The notes: generated by a model not told the origin, from the letters alone. Shown: positions 1 to 13,370, numbered from the whole stretch's first letter. The stretch is 63,549 bases of DNA, filler included, from Octopus bimaculoides (GCF_001194135.2; 4 parts of 4 records of this genome joined end to end with filler, not necessarily neighbours in it); one strand, 5' to 3'. Program-made: numbers and translations.

Positions 1-1084
1 ATATATATGCACATACATATACACGCATATGAGTATGTACGTATATGTATATGTATATGAACATATGAGTGTGTTTCTGTGTGTATGTCTAAGTATTATG
101 CATATACTTATGTGTGCATATGAATGTATGTATTGATACATAAAAGATGATGTAAATAATATTAAAAACGCAAGAATTTTTTTTACAAAAATCGTTCAAA
201 AATAGGTGATCCTTCAAACAACGCAGAAAAAAAAAATGTTCAAACTTCTGAATATCACTAGGGAAATATGAACCACGGATATACTAATCACAGAACTGCA
301 CGGATCTACATTTTAGTACCAACATTTTGTTATGTTTTTCAATGTCTTTTATGTTGGATTTTTAAAAAAAACATTTTTGTTATTGTTTTTTTTATCTCAT
401 ATCATATAATATAATATAATCAACAAACATTTATTCAAAACAAATCATTCAACGAAATTATTAACAAAAACATCAACAAATTCATCAATAAGGATATTTC
501 TTATAAAATCTAATACCTCTCGGGCAATAAAAGATGAATGGCTTGCCCAAGGACGCAATTCAACGCAAGGAATTTAAAATTCCCTATTTCGTTCCTTGTT
601 TTTTTTTTTATATATATCAAAATAAGGTACATAATAATATATTAAAAGTTAGAAAGTCTTCGTACAATAAAACAGTTCTTTCAGCTGATCTTTGTTGTTA
701 TAAAAATGTTGCTGATGGTGTTGTTGTCATTGATTTTGTTGTTGTTGTTGTTGTTGTTGCTGTTGTTGTTGCTGTTATTGTTGTTGTTGCTGAATTTGCT
801 TCTATTCTTGATGGTGATTTTGGTAACGTTTGTTGTAACATGTATGTTTTGATACAACGTATGTTCCATATGGAGATCATAACTTCAACTTTACGCTATT
901 TAGTTAACATAATCTAAAAGACAACGCTTTCTAAAGGAAGAACTGACTACACAATAACACATTTATTTTGTTGGCATGCGAAGGAGAAAAAATACCAATT
1001 GGGTTCCATTATGACTTTGAAACCAAGATTATAGCCGAACGCTCTATTGACTGCTATTCCACAACCAACACAACACCCGCAGCT

Positions 1085-1101
1085 ACCACTACTACTACTA
1101 T

Positions 1102-1159
<58 letters not shown>

Positions 1160-1201
1160 GCTGCTGCTACTACTGCTACTACTACTACTACNNNNNNNNN
1201 N

Positions 1202-1243
<42 letters not shown>

Positions 1244-1250
1244 GCTACTG

Positions 1251-1302
<52 letters not shown>

Positions 1303-1403
1303 AAATTCTGCTGATGCTGCAGCTACCACCATTACCACTTCTACCAACAATAATACTATTCCTAGTAACAAACCGAATACTGATAATAATAATAATAATA
1401 ATC

Positions 1404-1460
<57 letters not shown>
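1085..1460. repeat. (CTA)n and (AAT)n microsatellites
   Basis: Direct reading; source of the poly-T/L/S/N ORFs. Confidence 0.95.
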
Positions 1461-2351
1461 CTAATAATAATTGTCCTTGTAATCGATATTTCCAAAACCT
1501 TTGGTTGTTTATTTTCTATATATTTTATAAAACCCAGAAGCTGTATTGAACTAAAATATTACGCAGCCTACTCTAAGAGACTGACTGTTCTCCGGCAGGT
1601 ATATGTTATCTATCCGATGTAATAGAATAAATAAAAATGATATTTCACATTTCTGCATATAGTTGCAGATACACTCACGCGTATATGGGGGTATCTCTGC
1701 AAGGCTACTTGTACGCACATGAAATTAAAGAAGACATTATACCAACATATATATATGTACTGTTCGCATATTTCAAAGCGTACTTTTATGAGGTCAATAG
1801 AAAATTCGGTAAAATCTAACTAAATTTATCTAAAACAGAGAATATTTATACAGTATTTATTTAATTCCTTCTCAGATTACTGAAGGGGTTTAAGATAGAT
1901 GAACTGAACATTTCAACAATGATTGGATGGTTAAAATTTTGTATACTCAAAAAATACCAAGTACAAATTGTTCGCCATTCTGCCGCAAGACAGTCAGTCC
2001 TTGAAAATTTCAAACACTGGTTTTCTCAGAAACCATTGAACAACATAACACATAAGAAAAAAATTCAATGCTTTTATGTAAATTTCAAGTGACTAATAGC
2101 TTCCGTTAAACTAACAAGCTATTTCAACAGCCATACATGTTAGAATATTTCACGAGATCACATGCCCACTGCATAACAAATCCGATGACTACATCTGAGT
2201 GCGGCTTCTGGATAATACGTAAAGCATATTCGTGAAATAGTGTAATTTGACATGTTAACAGATTTTATACAATCCTGTAATTGCTATTTCGATTTAGGTT
2301 GCTGGAGCGCTATTTATTGTTCTCCAGTAGATTGAACAAAATTTCTAGTCA

Positions 2352-2405
<54 letters not shown>

Positions 2406-2438
2406 GAGAGAGAGAGAGAGAGATAGGTAGATAGATAG

Positions 2439-2489
<51 letters not shown>

Positions 2490-2767
2490 CATGTATTTAA
2501 AAAAAAATAATAGAAATATCGTTTTCCGATAAATTGTCCAGTTCAATAATTAGGCGTTTATTATATATAGTAAAGAACAATACATAGTACATAGTACTAG
2601 TATTACATCATTAAACTTAACTAAATATTTCTAAAGTTCTCTATGAAGTACTATGTAAAGTATTGCTACATTTATTTTACACTAGAGTAGCGTCTGCCCT
2701 GAAGCAATCATTATTATCATTATTGGCAATACAAAAGTTTTATTTGCATTATCATAATTATTGTTCA

Positions 2768-2845
<78 letters not shown>

Positions 2846-2978
2846 CATCATTATTATTATTATTATTATTATCATTATTATTATTATAGTTTTTGTTGTT
2901 CTTGTTGATACTATGCTTGTTACCATAATTATTATAATCATTATCATAATAATGTTTATAATAACAATAATAATAATA

Positions 2979-3034
<56 letters not shown>

Positions 3035-3625
3035 CAATAGCCTAAGAATAATAACATGGTGCACTTCATTATTACCACTCACGGTAATATAATTCAAAAA
3101 TCTAATATTATTTCAAAGAGCAAATTGATGAAAAATATATGTCAACTTGACAATTCATGTGTTTTTGTATTTAAAATTATTCTCACACAAAATCACTCTG
3201 CAATGCGTTATTCAAATTCGTAGAATTTCCAGAGACTGAACGATGCAAAATGTGCCTCCGCAATAAATCCTCTCAAAATACGAATACTCACACATTGCAG
3301 GTTTTTTTATTTGATTTTTGAGGGTAAAAATCAAATGTTAACGATGCGTAATATTCTATTGTAAGCAATGTATTTTATTATTTGGAACAATTTTTAGATT
3401 GAGGAAGACATAGTAAATGTAAACGATAACCATTCGGTGTTTTATTGTTGTTGTTGCTGTTCTTGTTCTCGTTGTTGTTACTGTTCTTTTTTTTTTTTAC
3501 ATTTACAGTTGCATCTACTCTTGATCTTAAAGAGGGATCCGGTAGTTTCAAAAACTATTCACAATTGCAATTTTTTATCATTCAACCAGAGAGTCATTCA
3601 GTTAACAAAAGCAACACCAAAATAA

Positions 3626-3840
<215 letters not shown>

Positions 3841-5268
3841 ATAATAAAATCTATATCTATGGTAAAAATAATTCTGCTTGTGATAACAGTAATAATGATG
3901 TTTGATTTAGGCACAGGCCCAGCAATTTTGAGAACAAATAGGAGGGTGGATTAGTCGATACAATCGAACCCAAAACTGGACTGGAACGTTAATGGTCCCA
4001 AAGAGGAAAAAAAGCAAAGTTGATCCCAATGTGATCTGAATTCAGAATGTGTAGAGCAGGAAGAAATACCGATAAAAATTTATTCCAACGCGCTAACGTT
4101 ATTAACAGCTCGCCTGCTACAGTATTCTTAAACAAAAATAATAGTAACAATGAATATATGAAGAAGAAAACTTGCAATGAAGATGTTGATGATGACGATG
4201 ATGGCGATGATGATAATAATAATAATAATAACAATAATGATAATAAACAGAAGAACAATATTAATTAAAAGCATATATCTTAACATATATACGCATATNN
4301 NNNNNNNNNNNNNNNNNNNNNNNNNNNNNNNNNNNNNNNNNNNNNNNNNNNNNNNNNNNNNNNNNNNNNNNNNNNNNNNNNNNNNNNNNNNNNNNNNNNN
4401 NNNNNNNNNNNNNNNNNNNNNNNNNNNNNNNNNNNNNNNNNNNNNNNNNNNNNNNNNNNNNNNNNNNNNNNNNNNNNNNNNNNNNNNNNNNNNNNNNNNN
4501 NNNNNNNNNNNNNNNNNNNNNNNNNNNNNNNNNNNNNNNNNNNNNNNNNNNNNNNNNNNNNNNNNNNNNNNNNNNNNNNNNNNNNNNNNNNNNNNNNNNN
4601 NNNNNNNNNNNNNNNNNNNNNNNNNNNNNNNNNNNNNNNNNNNNNNNNNNNNNNNNNNNNNNNNNNNNNNNNNNNNNNNNNNNNNNNNNNNNNNNNNNNN
4701 NNNNNNNNNNNNNNNNNNNNNNNNNNNNNNNNNNNNNNNNNNNNNNNNNNNNNNNNNNNNNNNNNNNNNNNNNNNNNNNNNNNNNNNNNNNNNNNNNNNN
4801 NNNNNNNNNNNNNNNNNNNNNNNNNNNNNNNNNNNNNNNNNNNNNNNNNNNNNNNNNNNNNNNNNNNNNNNNNNNNNNNNNNNNNNNNNNNNNNNNNNNN
4901 NNNNNNNNNNNNNNNNNNNNNNNNNNNNNNNNNNNNNNNNNNNNNNNNNNNNNNNNNNNNNNNNNNNNNNNNNNNNNNNNNNNNNNNNNNNNNNNNNNNN
5001 NNNNNNNNNNNNNNNNNNNNNNNNNNNNNNNNNNNNNNNNNNNNNNNNNNNNNNNNNNNNNNNNNNNNNNNNNNNNNNNNNNNNNNNNNNNNNNNNNNNN
5101 NNNNNNNNNNNNNNNNNNNNNNNNNNNNNNNNNNNNNNNNNNNNNNNNNNNNNNNNNNNNNNNNNNNNNNNNNNNNNNNNNNNNNNNNNNNNNNNNNNNN
5201 NNNNNNNNNNNNNNNNTATATACATATATATATGTATGTATGTATGTATGTATATATATATGCATGTT

Positions 5269-5311
<43 letters not shown>

Positions 5312-7846
5312 CTTATTAGCAATTCTGTCGGCCACAGTGAAAAATGTTTATTCTGATAAATTGAAAACGGAAGCAATTAGAATGCACAACCCATATCATC
5401 TATCACATTAAAGAAACTTTATTAATTCATTTGCGAGTTTATTGACACTGGGTTTTGGTAAAATGTTAATGATAACGGTAATGAAAATTATAATAATAAT
5501 TAAAGTTATTTGTCGCAAATCAATTGGTAAGGATGGAGTCAGCCGAATCGATGATGCATGTCTCTGGAATGTATTTGTTATCATATTTCAATACATTTCG
5601 TTTTGTGGTTTGCACGAGTATAAAACCAATATGATTTTTTGTATGATTTCTACTCAGAATTCAGAGTAAAAAATCATAATGTATTTAATCTGTCAAACAG
5701 TCTCATTTTTTCCAACATATATAAAATAAATCCTTTCTGAAGTACAATAATGATTCCTTGCATTCATACATTCTATAACAATGATTTTTCTCACTCACTT
5801 TCAATAATGGTTTAAAATATTTTCATCAGAATGATTATTAACGGAATATATTCCTACTAATAATATGTGCACTGGAAAGGATATATAAAAATGCAGATGA
5901 ATTTATAAACAAAACAGCAGGGCTTAACGCATATAAAATACATTTTATTGCAGTTAATTCATTTGAGACCTTATTGAAGCTGAGTTGATAATACAAAAAA
6001 AAAAAACTTGCACTAATTGGCACTGTAAGTATAGTACATCATGTAGATTTCAAACAACAGAAAACGAACGCAAAACAAAATATTGCATGCACCTCAGTAG
6101 CACAAACAGACGTTCGGTTATGAATTGAAAGCCCACAATAGGAAATATAACAACTAAATATAATTTCTTGCACGAGCATGAATTTTATGAGTGGGGTAGT
6201 AAGATGTTAGATGTTGCAGAAAACATGCTTCGGCCTGGAGTCTAATAAAGCGGGGGAAACACTATTTCAGTTAACTTAATGATAATTTGTTAGTTTTTCC
6301 TGCATTCTATCACATTATATAAAACATATTCATATATAAAAACATATTAATAATTTTATATTATTTTTGTAATAGATAGTATGTACTAAACTCGCCTAGG
6401 AAAATCAAGGTATGTAAAATAAACAAAGCACGTATGCATGTATATGCACACATATATAAGATTATTGAAGACAGGGTTGCATTTGTAAGTATGTGTTATG
6501 GTAAAAGTGACGTACAAGTTATACAGCTTTATATGTACATATGTAAATATTTCTAACAGCTACACATAGATGCATTCAATCACAAAGCACCCATATACAC
6601 AACGTCACGATTATATATATTCATACACATACATACACTCACAGAAACATAATCAGTTCCTTTTAAATTGTTCTCGAAATTAGCTTTGGTTTCATTTTCA
6701 AATTTTAAAGTATTACACACATACATCTTTTTTCTTTTTGATTTTTTGTATTTTTTAATATTTTCTTTTTCTTTTAAAATTCTCTCACATTGGTTTCAAC
6801 AATTATATTTTATTTTGGTACGATTGGTGCTTGGATAAGGTTAGGTTGTGGATACTTGTTCTTGAGAAGGGAGGGAAGGTCACGTGGTGTGTCACGTATT
6901 CAATTTACATTTATCATATTTCATTTTCAATTAATAGTTAGCTTTTAGCCAGTTGTAGTATTATAGTAGCTGCACTGCATCTGGGCTGTGGATTTCCTTA
7001 GTGGGTTTTGAGTTTTTGACAAAATACACCAGGATTCCAATTTGACTATTAAAACAAGTTCAGTTTTATAGAAATTTATAATTTTCATTTATTTATTTTT
7101 TATATTTTTTAATTTGTTTTCGTTTACACAATTATTTTTATTTGTTTATTTGTTTTCTATTATTTCTTCTACATTCTATTCATGAATTACGAACTAAAAG
7201 AGGTAAATAACGGAAATATAAAAATAAAGCATAATAAATATATACAGTACTTGTAAAAAAGAAAATGAATCAAACTATGAATACAAAATTAGTCATATAC
7301 AAACAAAAAAGTGACAGAACGGAAAATGTGAGAAATGAAATGAATATTAGCTTCGTCCAAATATTTATTTTCTGTTAACGCAGCTTCTGAGACAAAATGG
7401 ACGCCATTATACCAAATGCTCATTCAAAAGCATCCAACCAAAACATACATATTATACTTGCCTCATCTTAAACATGGGTATCTCAAATATTGTATTTAAA
7501 TATAGTTCTTCTACACAACTTAGGAACATAACATGGTTGAGGTGTTATACTGAAGAAATCTATGGAAACACTGTCAAAAAATATTAATCACATATTAAAT
7601 ATAATTCGAAATATACCATATATATACATCTGTAATTTTTCAGACACCTATTAAAATGAGAAACCGCTTATAGAAGGACATCTCTCATTCTCTAAATAGA
7701 TTCAAAATACACGACATTTATCAGATTCTCTGGAAAACATTTACATTCTATCCAGAAAAACTGTAACCTCACGCTCTATGAGACTCAAAGTCTTACAAAA
7801 GCTATTAACAAATAGACATAGTAATATAATTATGTATATATATATA

Positions 7847-7946
7847 NNNNNNNNNNNNNNNNNNNNNNNNNNNNNNNNNNNNNNNNNNNNTTAATTAATT
7901 AANNNNNNNNNNNNNNNNNNNNNNNNNNNNNNNNNNNNNNNNNNNN
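7847..7946. other. Artificial scaffold join
   Basis: 44 N + TTAATTAATTAA + 44 N = 100 bp; the linker places stops in all six frames. Confidence 0.95.
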
Positions 7947-8830
7947 GTCATAGTAACGTGTGTGTGTGTGTTTGCTTATTCATGTGTTTGTGTGAATGCG
8001 TGCGTTCATGTGCGTGTATGTGTGTTTGTGTGAATGCGTGCGTTCATGTGCGTGTATGTGTTTGTGTGAACGTGTCCATTCATGTTCGTGTGTGTTTGTG
8101 TGAATGCGTCTGTATCTATCTATTTATTTATCTGTCTATCTTTCATTCTATCTCTCTCTCTCTATCTATCTATCTATCTGTCCACCTATCTATCTATCCA
8201 TCTATTTGTCTGTTTATCTATCTATCTATTTATCTATTTATCTTTCTGTCTGTCTACCGTAAATCCTTGAGTATAAATCTGCATTTTTTCTCCAAAATTT
8301 AATGGTCAAAATCCCTAGTGCGTACGATATACGAGGTTAAAAATGAAAAATATTCGTAAGGTCGCCAAAATGGCGATCTTACGGTTTGAGGTAAAACGCA
8401 TCGAATATATTATGGGAGTTTGTCAGATTTCGTCTGAGAAAAAGAGAAAAATTTGTAGTGTAAGGGAGACAACTCTGTCATAGTAACGTGTGTGTGTGTT
8501 TGCTTATTCATGTTTGTGTGAATGCGTGCGTTCATGTGCGTGTATGTGTGTTTGTGTGAATGCGTGCGTTCATGTGCATGTATGTGTTTGTGTGAATGCG
8601 TGCGTTCATGTGCGTGTATGTGTGTTTGTGTGAATGCGTGCGTTCATGTGTGTTTGTGTGAATGCGTGCGTTCATGTGTGTTTATGTGAATGCATGCGTT
8701 CATGTTCGTGTATGTGTGAATGCGTGCGTTCATGTGTGTTTGTGTGAATGCGTGCGTTTATATTCGTGTATGTGTGAATGCGTGCGTTCATGTTCATGTA
8801 TGTGTGAATGCATACACGAACATGAACGCA
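7947..8830. repeat. Duplicated minisatellite block with (TCTA)n and a hairpin
   Basis: gtcatagtaacgtgtg start occurs at 7947 and again at about 8478; ~36-bp units gtgtgaatgcgtgcgttcatgtg; 13-bp stem at 8355-8383. Confidence 0.85.
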
Positions 8831-8859
8831 TGCATTCACACAAACACACTATGGGAGAA

Positions 8860-9300
8860 TTTACGCAAAAAAACAACAGATGAAGACAGGTGGAGGTGGT
8901 GTAAACAACAAATGGATGTATTAGTTTAACGCTCGGGAATAGAGAAAGTCTTTAACGTTTCGAGCCTACGCTCTTCAACAAAAAGGAACACAGACAGAAA
9001 TAAGGAGAAATATAATGCAAATGCTAAAACAATAAAATAAAGGATGTTGTTTTTTTACCTGGGGGAGCAGATGGGTTCCCCATTTTGGTCAGTTTGACAA
9101 CAGAGATGACCACTGTCATCTTTGAGTAGATGGTAGATATAATGACCCTCGGTCATCCAAAGGGGGTGGCAGAGACTGACCAGGTCTAGCTTGAAGTTCT
9201 CCTTGTAATCTATATCTTCCATTGCATCCGGCCATGAGATAACCATTGGGGTGTGACCAGAAGATTTGACCTCTGACGCAATCACCACTACCGTCTATCT
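8860..9300 (-). mobile_element. Penelope-like 3' end / terminal repeat remnant
   Basis: Repeat with gttgaagagcgtaggctcgaaacg and tacaccacctgtc, shared with 24650-24770 and 63455-63530; PLE assignment is inferred. Confidence 0.5.
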
Positions 9301-9674
9301 GTGTTGGTTTGGATGGGTTAGCTGAGCTGGTTGGCAGACCAGTTGGTTGGTCTGATGGTCGGCTGGTTGGACGGTCAGTGTCAGTCGGATGACTTCCTTC
9401 CTCACTGCACATACACATATATATGTACGCATACACACAAACACATATGTACACACACCACATATTTATATATTCTTGAATAGACTGGCCCTTCTTTATA
9501 GCAAATAAGAATGGATGAGTACACCTACCCAGATGTCTTTACAGGGTTAAAAAGTATAAAGAAAATTAAAAACCTGAAGCAGACGTAATTATAGGTCAGA
9601 GGTGACTACCGTTCATTCTAAACCATAAACCTAACAAAAAATGCCAAACAGCAACAATGAAAAGATGAACTCAC

Positions 9675-9780
9675 CAGGGAAAGGGTGTCTCTGTAATAAT
9701 TCTGTAGGGAGACCCAAATTTTTACCAATCAGCCTAACTTCATCCTTGTGGAAATCTTTCAGAGGTTCAACTACTCGACC
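9675..9780 (-). CDS. GMPS: GMP synthase exon
   Basis: cag acceptor, gtgagt donor, phase 0 to 1. [35 protein letters not shown](G) contains [12 protein letters not shown] and RHPFPG. Confidence 0.96.
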
Positions 9781-10497
9781 CTGCAAAAAGAAAAACATAT
9801 TCTTACTACTACTACTACTACTATTGTTATTATTATTATTAACAGGTGAACAAACCTACACCTGTCCGTCCTCTTTCTTGTTAACTCTCTGTGGGTAACC
9901 ATGCATCTCCTCTACATCACACCTGTTTCTGCCCTTATTCTTGATCACTCTCTCTCTCTATCTCCTCTTGCTCTTCCCTCTGGCTAGGAAACCATGTATC
10001 TCCTTTACAGTAGCAAACCTGTTTCTGCCCTCTTTCTTTCTAGCTGGGTAACCATGTCCCTCCTCTGCAGCAAGATATCTGTTTCTGCCTCTCTGTCACA
10101 GTCTAACTTTTCATCATCTGACACAAGATCACCACCTCCAATTCCCCCCTCCTCTCTCAAAGATTCCTTGTCTTGCAGGTTACTTGGTGACCCTGGCAGT
10201 GTTGGTGCCACTTAAAAAAGCACCAAGTTCACACTGTAAAATAGTTGGCATTTGGAAGGGCATCCAACTGTAAAAACCTTACCAAAACTAACCTTGCCCG
10301 TGTTGGTGCAAAGTAAAAAGCACTCAGCCCACTCTACAAGGTGGTTGGTATTAGGAAGGGCATCCAATCGTAAAAACCATGCCAAACCAGACACAGAAGT
10401 CTGGTGCAGGCTCCTGCCTGGCCAACTCCTGTCAAATTGTCCAACCCATGCCAGCATGGAAGGAGGTCGTTAAACAATGATAATAATAATGATGATA

Positions 10498-10535
<38 letters not shown>

Positions 10536-11409
10536 GGCAGAAAGCTGGCAGTATTGTTAGCACACCGAGCAAAATGCTTAGTAGTATTTCATCCGTCTTT
10601 ATGATCTGAGCTCAAATTTCACTGGGGGAGGGACTTTGCCTTTCATCCTTTCGGGGTCAATAAATTAAGTACCAGTCAAGTACTGGAGCTGATGTGATCA
10701 ACTGTTCCCCTCCCCACAAAATTTCAGGCCTATAGTACAAAGGATTATTATTATTATTAGTAGTAGTAGTAGTAGTAGTATTATTAATATTTATTTATTG
10801 CCCACAGGGGGCTAAACATAGAGGGGACAAACAAGGACAGACAAAGGGCTTAAGTCGATTACATTGACTCCAGCGCGTAACTGGTACTTATTTAATCGAC
10901 CCCGAAAGGATGAAAGGCAAAGTCGATCTCGGCTGATTTTGAACTCAGAATGTAACGCTAGATGTAGTACCGCTAAGCATTGATAAACTATGTATCACTC
11001 GAGTACAGGGGGGGTTGATGTAATTGACTTACCCCTACCCCATAATTGCTGGCCTTGTGCCAAAATTTCAAATTATTATTATAATTATTAAAGCGGTGAG
11101 CTAGCAGAATCGTTAGCAAGCCAGGTGACACGCTTGACAGTATTTCGCCTGTTGCTACGTTCGCAGTTCAAATTCCGCTGAGGTCAGCTTTGCCTTTCAT
11201 CCTTTTGGGGTCGATAAATTAAGTACCAGTGAAACATTGAGGTAGATGTAATCAACTAGTTCCCTCCCTACAAAATTGCAGACCTCATGCCTTTAGTAGA
11301 AATTATAATAATATTAAAGAAGTGATTTTAAATTCCCTATCACAGAATAATGCTAATAATATAGCCTGAACAGGATAAACTACCCCTATTTTGCAGAGAA
11401 AAGTGTAGG

Positions 11410-11485
11410 TGGCTAGCTGTGGACTCGAACTCACATCCCCGTGATTACATGTCACGATGCTTTGACCGATTAAGCTAAACTACCC
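11410..11485 (-). pseudogene. tRNA-Thr(UGU)-like pseudogene or tRNA-derived repeat head
   Basis: D arm GCTT/AAGC, anticodon stem CGTGA/TCACG with loop CATGTAA, GTTCGAGT T-loop; acceptor and T stems mismatched and A instead of U at position 33. Confidence 0.45.
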
Positions 11486-12143
11486 ACTACAAATTCCTCT
11501 GCAAATTAAGATATATAAATCTCGCTTTTTTATGAGACGAACTTTCTAAAAGACATCTCAACGCTTCCAAAAGCAAACTTCGTTTGTTTATTTACGTTTG
11601 TCATAATTTGAATATAATAATATTAATAATAATTATTATCATTATTATTATTAACAATAATAATAATAAGCAAGAACATGCTAATTTAATTAGCAGGAAT
11701 TTTATCTTGAAGTTTGATGACAAGTCTCCTCATATCTCAAGAATCTTTCTTAGGCTTTTCTGCTTTTCTGCAGACAACGTGAATTCCAATTCCAATTTCT
11801 TTCAGTCTCCTTGGTAGGATTTTTAGGTGCTGTGCCAAGCGCACCAATTACCACAGGAATAATTGTTGTCTTAGTCCTCCCCCACCCCCAACTCCGTCCA
11901 CTTTTCCCCACCCACCCAGTCACTTATGTTCAGTCTACCTCAGTCCACCCAATTCACCCTACTTCATCTATGGTACCCCATCCAATTTACTTTACCACAT
12001 TCTGTTATTCCCACACGCAGTCTACTCTGAGTCCCACCAGTCATCACCACCCCACTATAAACACACACACACACACAGTTACCCCCAAGCCTACCCCCAT
12101 TCACCTATCACACCCACATCGTTTCTCCATCCTACCAACTTAC

Positions 12144-12256
12144 CTTCAATCTCAGTTCCCGAACCAGTTCTGTATCATTGTGATGTCCTTTCATGGGATC
12201 TGTGTTTGAACTTCCAAATCTGGAGGCACTGTCAATAAAATCTGGTCTTAGTGTAC
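12144..12256 (-). CDS. GMPS: GMP synthase exon: lid loop (divergent)
   Basis: cag acceptor, gtaagt donor, phase 1 to 0. (G)TLRPDFIDSASRFGSSNTDPMKGHHNDTELVRELRLK. Not in the ORF track; translated by hand. Confidence 0.93.
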
Positions 12257-12331
12257 CTGGGTACAGGGCAGACAGAGAGAGAGAGAGAGAGGTACACACA
12301 TTAGTAAAGGGTAGAGAGAGAGAGAAAAATT

Positions 12332-12362
<31 letters not shown>

Positions 12363-12727
12363 TACAGCATTAGTGTTTCAGGGTCCAAAGTAGAAACAAA
12401 AATAGAGTAGTACTGTGTTAGTGTACCCGGGTACCATGTAGAGACTAGTGTACTGGGGTATAAGGCAGAGGTAGAAATACATAAAGTGGTACAGTTTAAG
12501 AAGAAACAACTATAATCTGAAGTAAATAGCAACAGTCTGTGTTGGTAAAAGGGGAAAAAATTCAAAAATAAGGGGAGCAACAGAATCTAAGGGAACCAGA
12601 GGTAATGGTCAACATCAGAAATTAATAAGTACAAAAAAAAATTCATATTTGCAAAGGGAAATACAGTGTTGCATTGAGAGAGAGAGAGAGAGAGAGAGAG
12701 AGGTTAAACTAAGACAATAAAACCTAC

Positions 12728-12788
12728 CTTGACCAAGGTAAACTTCATGTGGTTTAAGATTTAATTCTTCAATGACATCAGTAGCCAC
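12728..12788 (-). CDS. GMPS: GMP synthase exon
   Basis: cag acceptor, gtaggt donor, phase 0 to 1. VATDVIEELNLKPHEVYLGQ(G) aligns with human IANEVIGEMNLKPEEVFLAQG. Confidence 0.93.
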
Positions 12789-13370
12789 CTGAAAAGGTAT
12801 GAAACAATGGTGAGAGTATCTTTTCAAAAATAGGAAAGGGGTTACATGAAAATATTGCATTGGGGGAGGGGACTACTGTATGTATGTACATATAGATTTG
12901 TGCATATATGCGTGTGTGTGAGTGTGTTATNNNNNNNNNNNNNNNNNNNNNNNNNNNNNNNNNNNNNNNNNNNNNNNNNNNNNNNNNNNNNNNNNNNNNN
13001 NNNNNNNNNNNNNNNNNNNNNNNNNNNNNNNNNNNNNNNNNNNNNNNNNNNNNNNNNNNNNNNNNNNNNNNNNNNNNATACATACATACATACACACACA
13101 CATATCATCATCATCATCATTTAACGTCCACTTTTCGTGTTGGCATGGATTAAACATTTGACTGGAACCGATAGTGGTAGGTATTTCATTTGCCGCTATG
13201 TTCTGAGTTCAAATTCCGCCAAGGTCGACTTTGCCTTTCATCCTTTCGGGGTCGATTAAATAAGTACTAGTTACGCAGTGGGGTCGATATAATCGACTTA
13301 ATCCGTTTGTCCCCTCTGTGTGTAGTCCCTTGTGGACAGTAAAGAAATAAGTAATAGCAACAAACTTTAC

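Noticed and set aside
947-1622. Mucin-like poly-Thr, poly-Ser and poly-Leu ORFs
   Set aside because: Translations of (CTA)n and (AAT)n on all frames, interrupted by a gap; no splice or homology support.
4128-5376. Long ORFs in the track spanning N runs (also near 13000, 24500, 28800, 33100, 37600, 60300)
   Set aside because: Open only because of unknown bases.
5340-7800. Protein-coding gene or GMPS 3' exons in the unique AT-rich stretch
   Set aside because: No GMPS motifs on either strand and no convincing exon; may be UTR or intergenic.
7891-7902. TTAATTAATTAA as a recurring palindromic element (also 16784-16795, 41404-41415)
   Set aside because: Always centred in exactly 100 bp with 44 N each side: an assembly linker, not biology.
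8480-8830. CRISPR-like repeat array
   Set aside because: Units are adjacent and TG-rich with no unique spacers; eukaryotic minisatellite.
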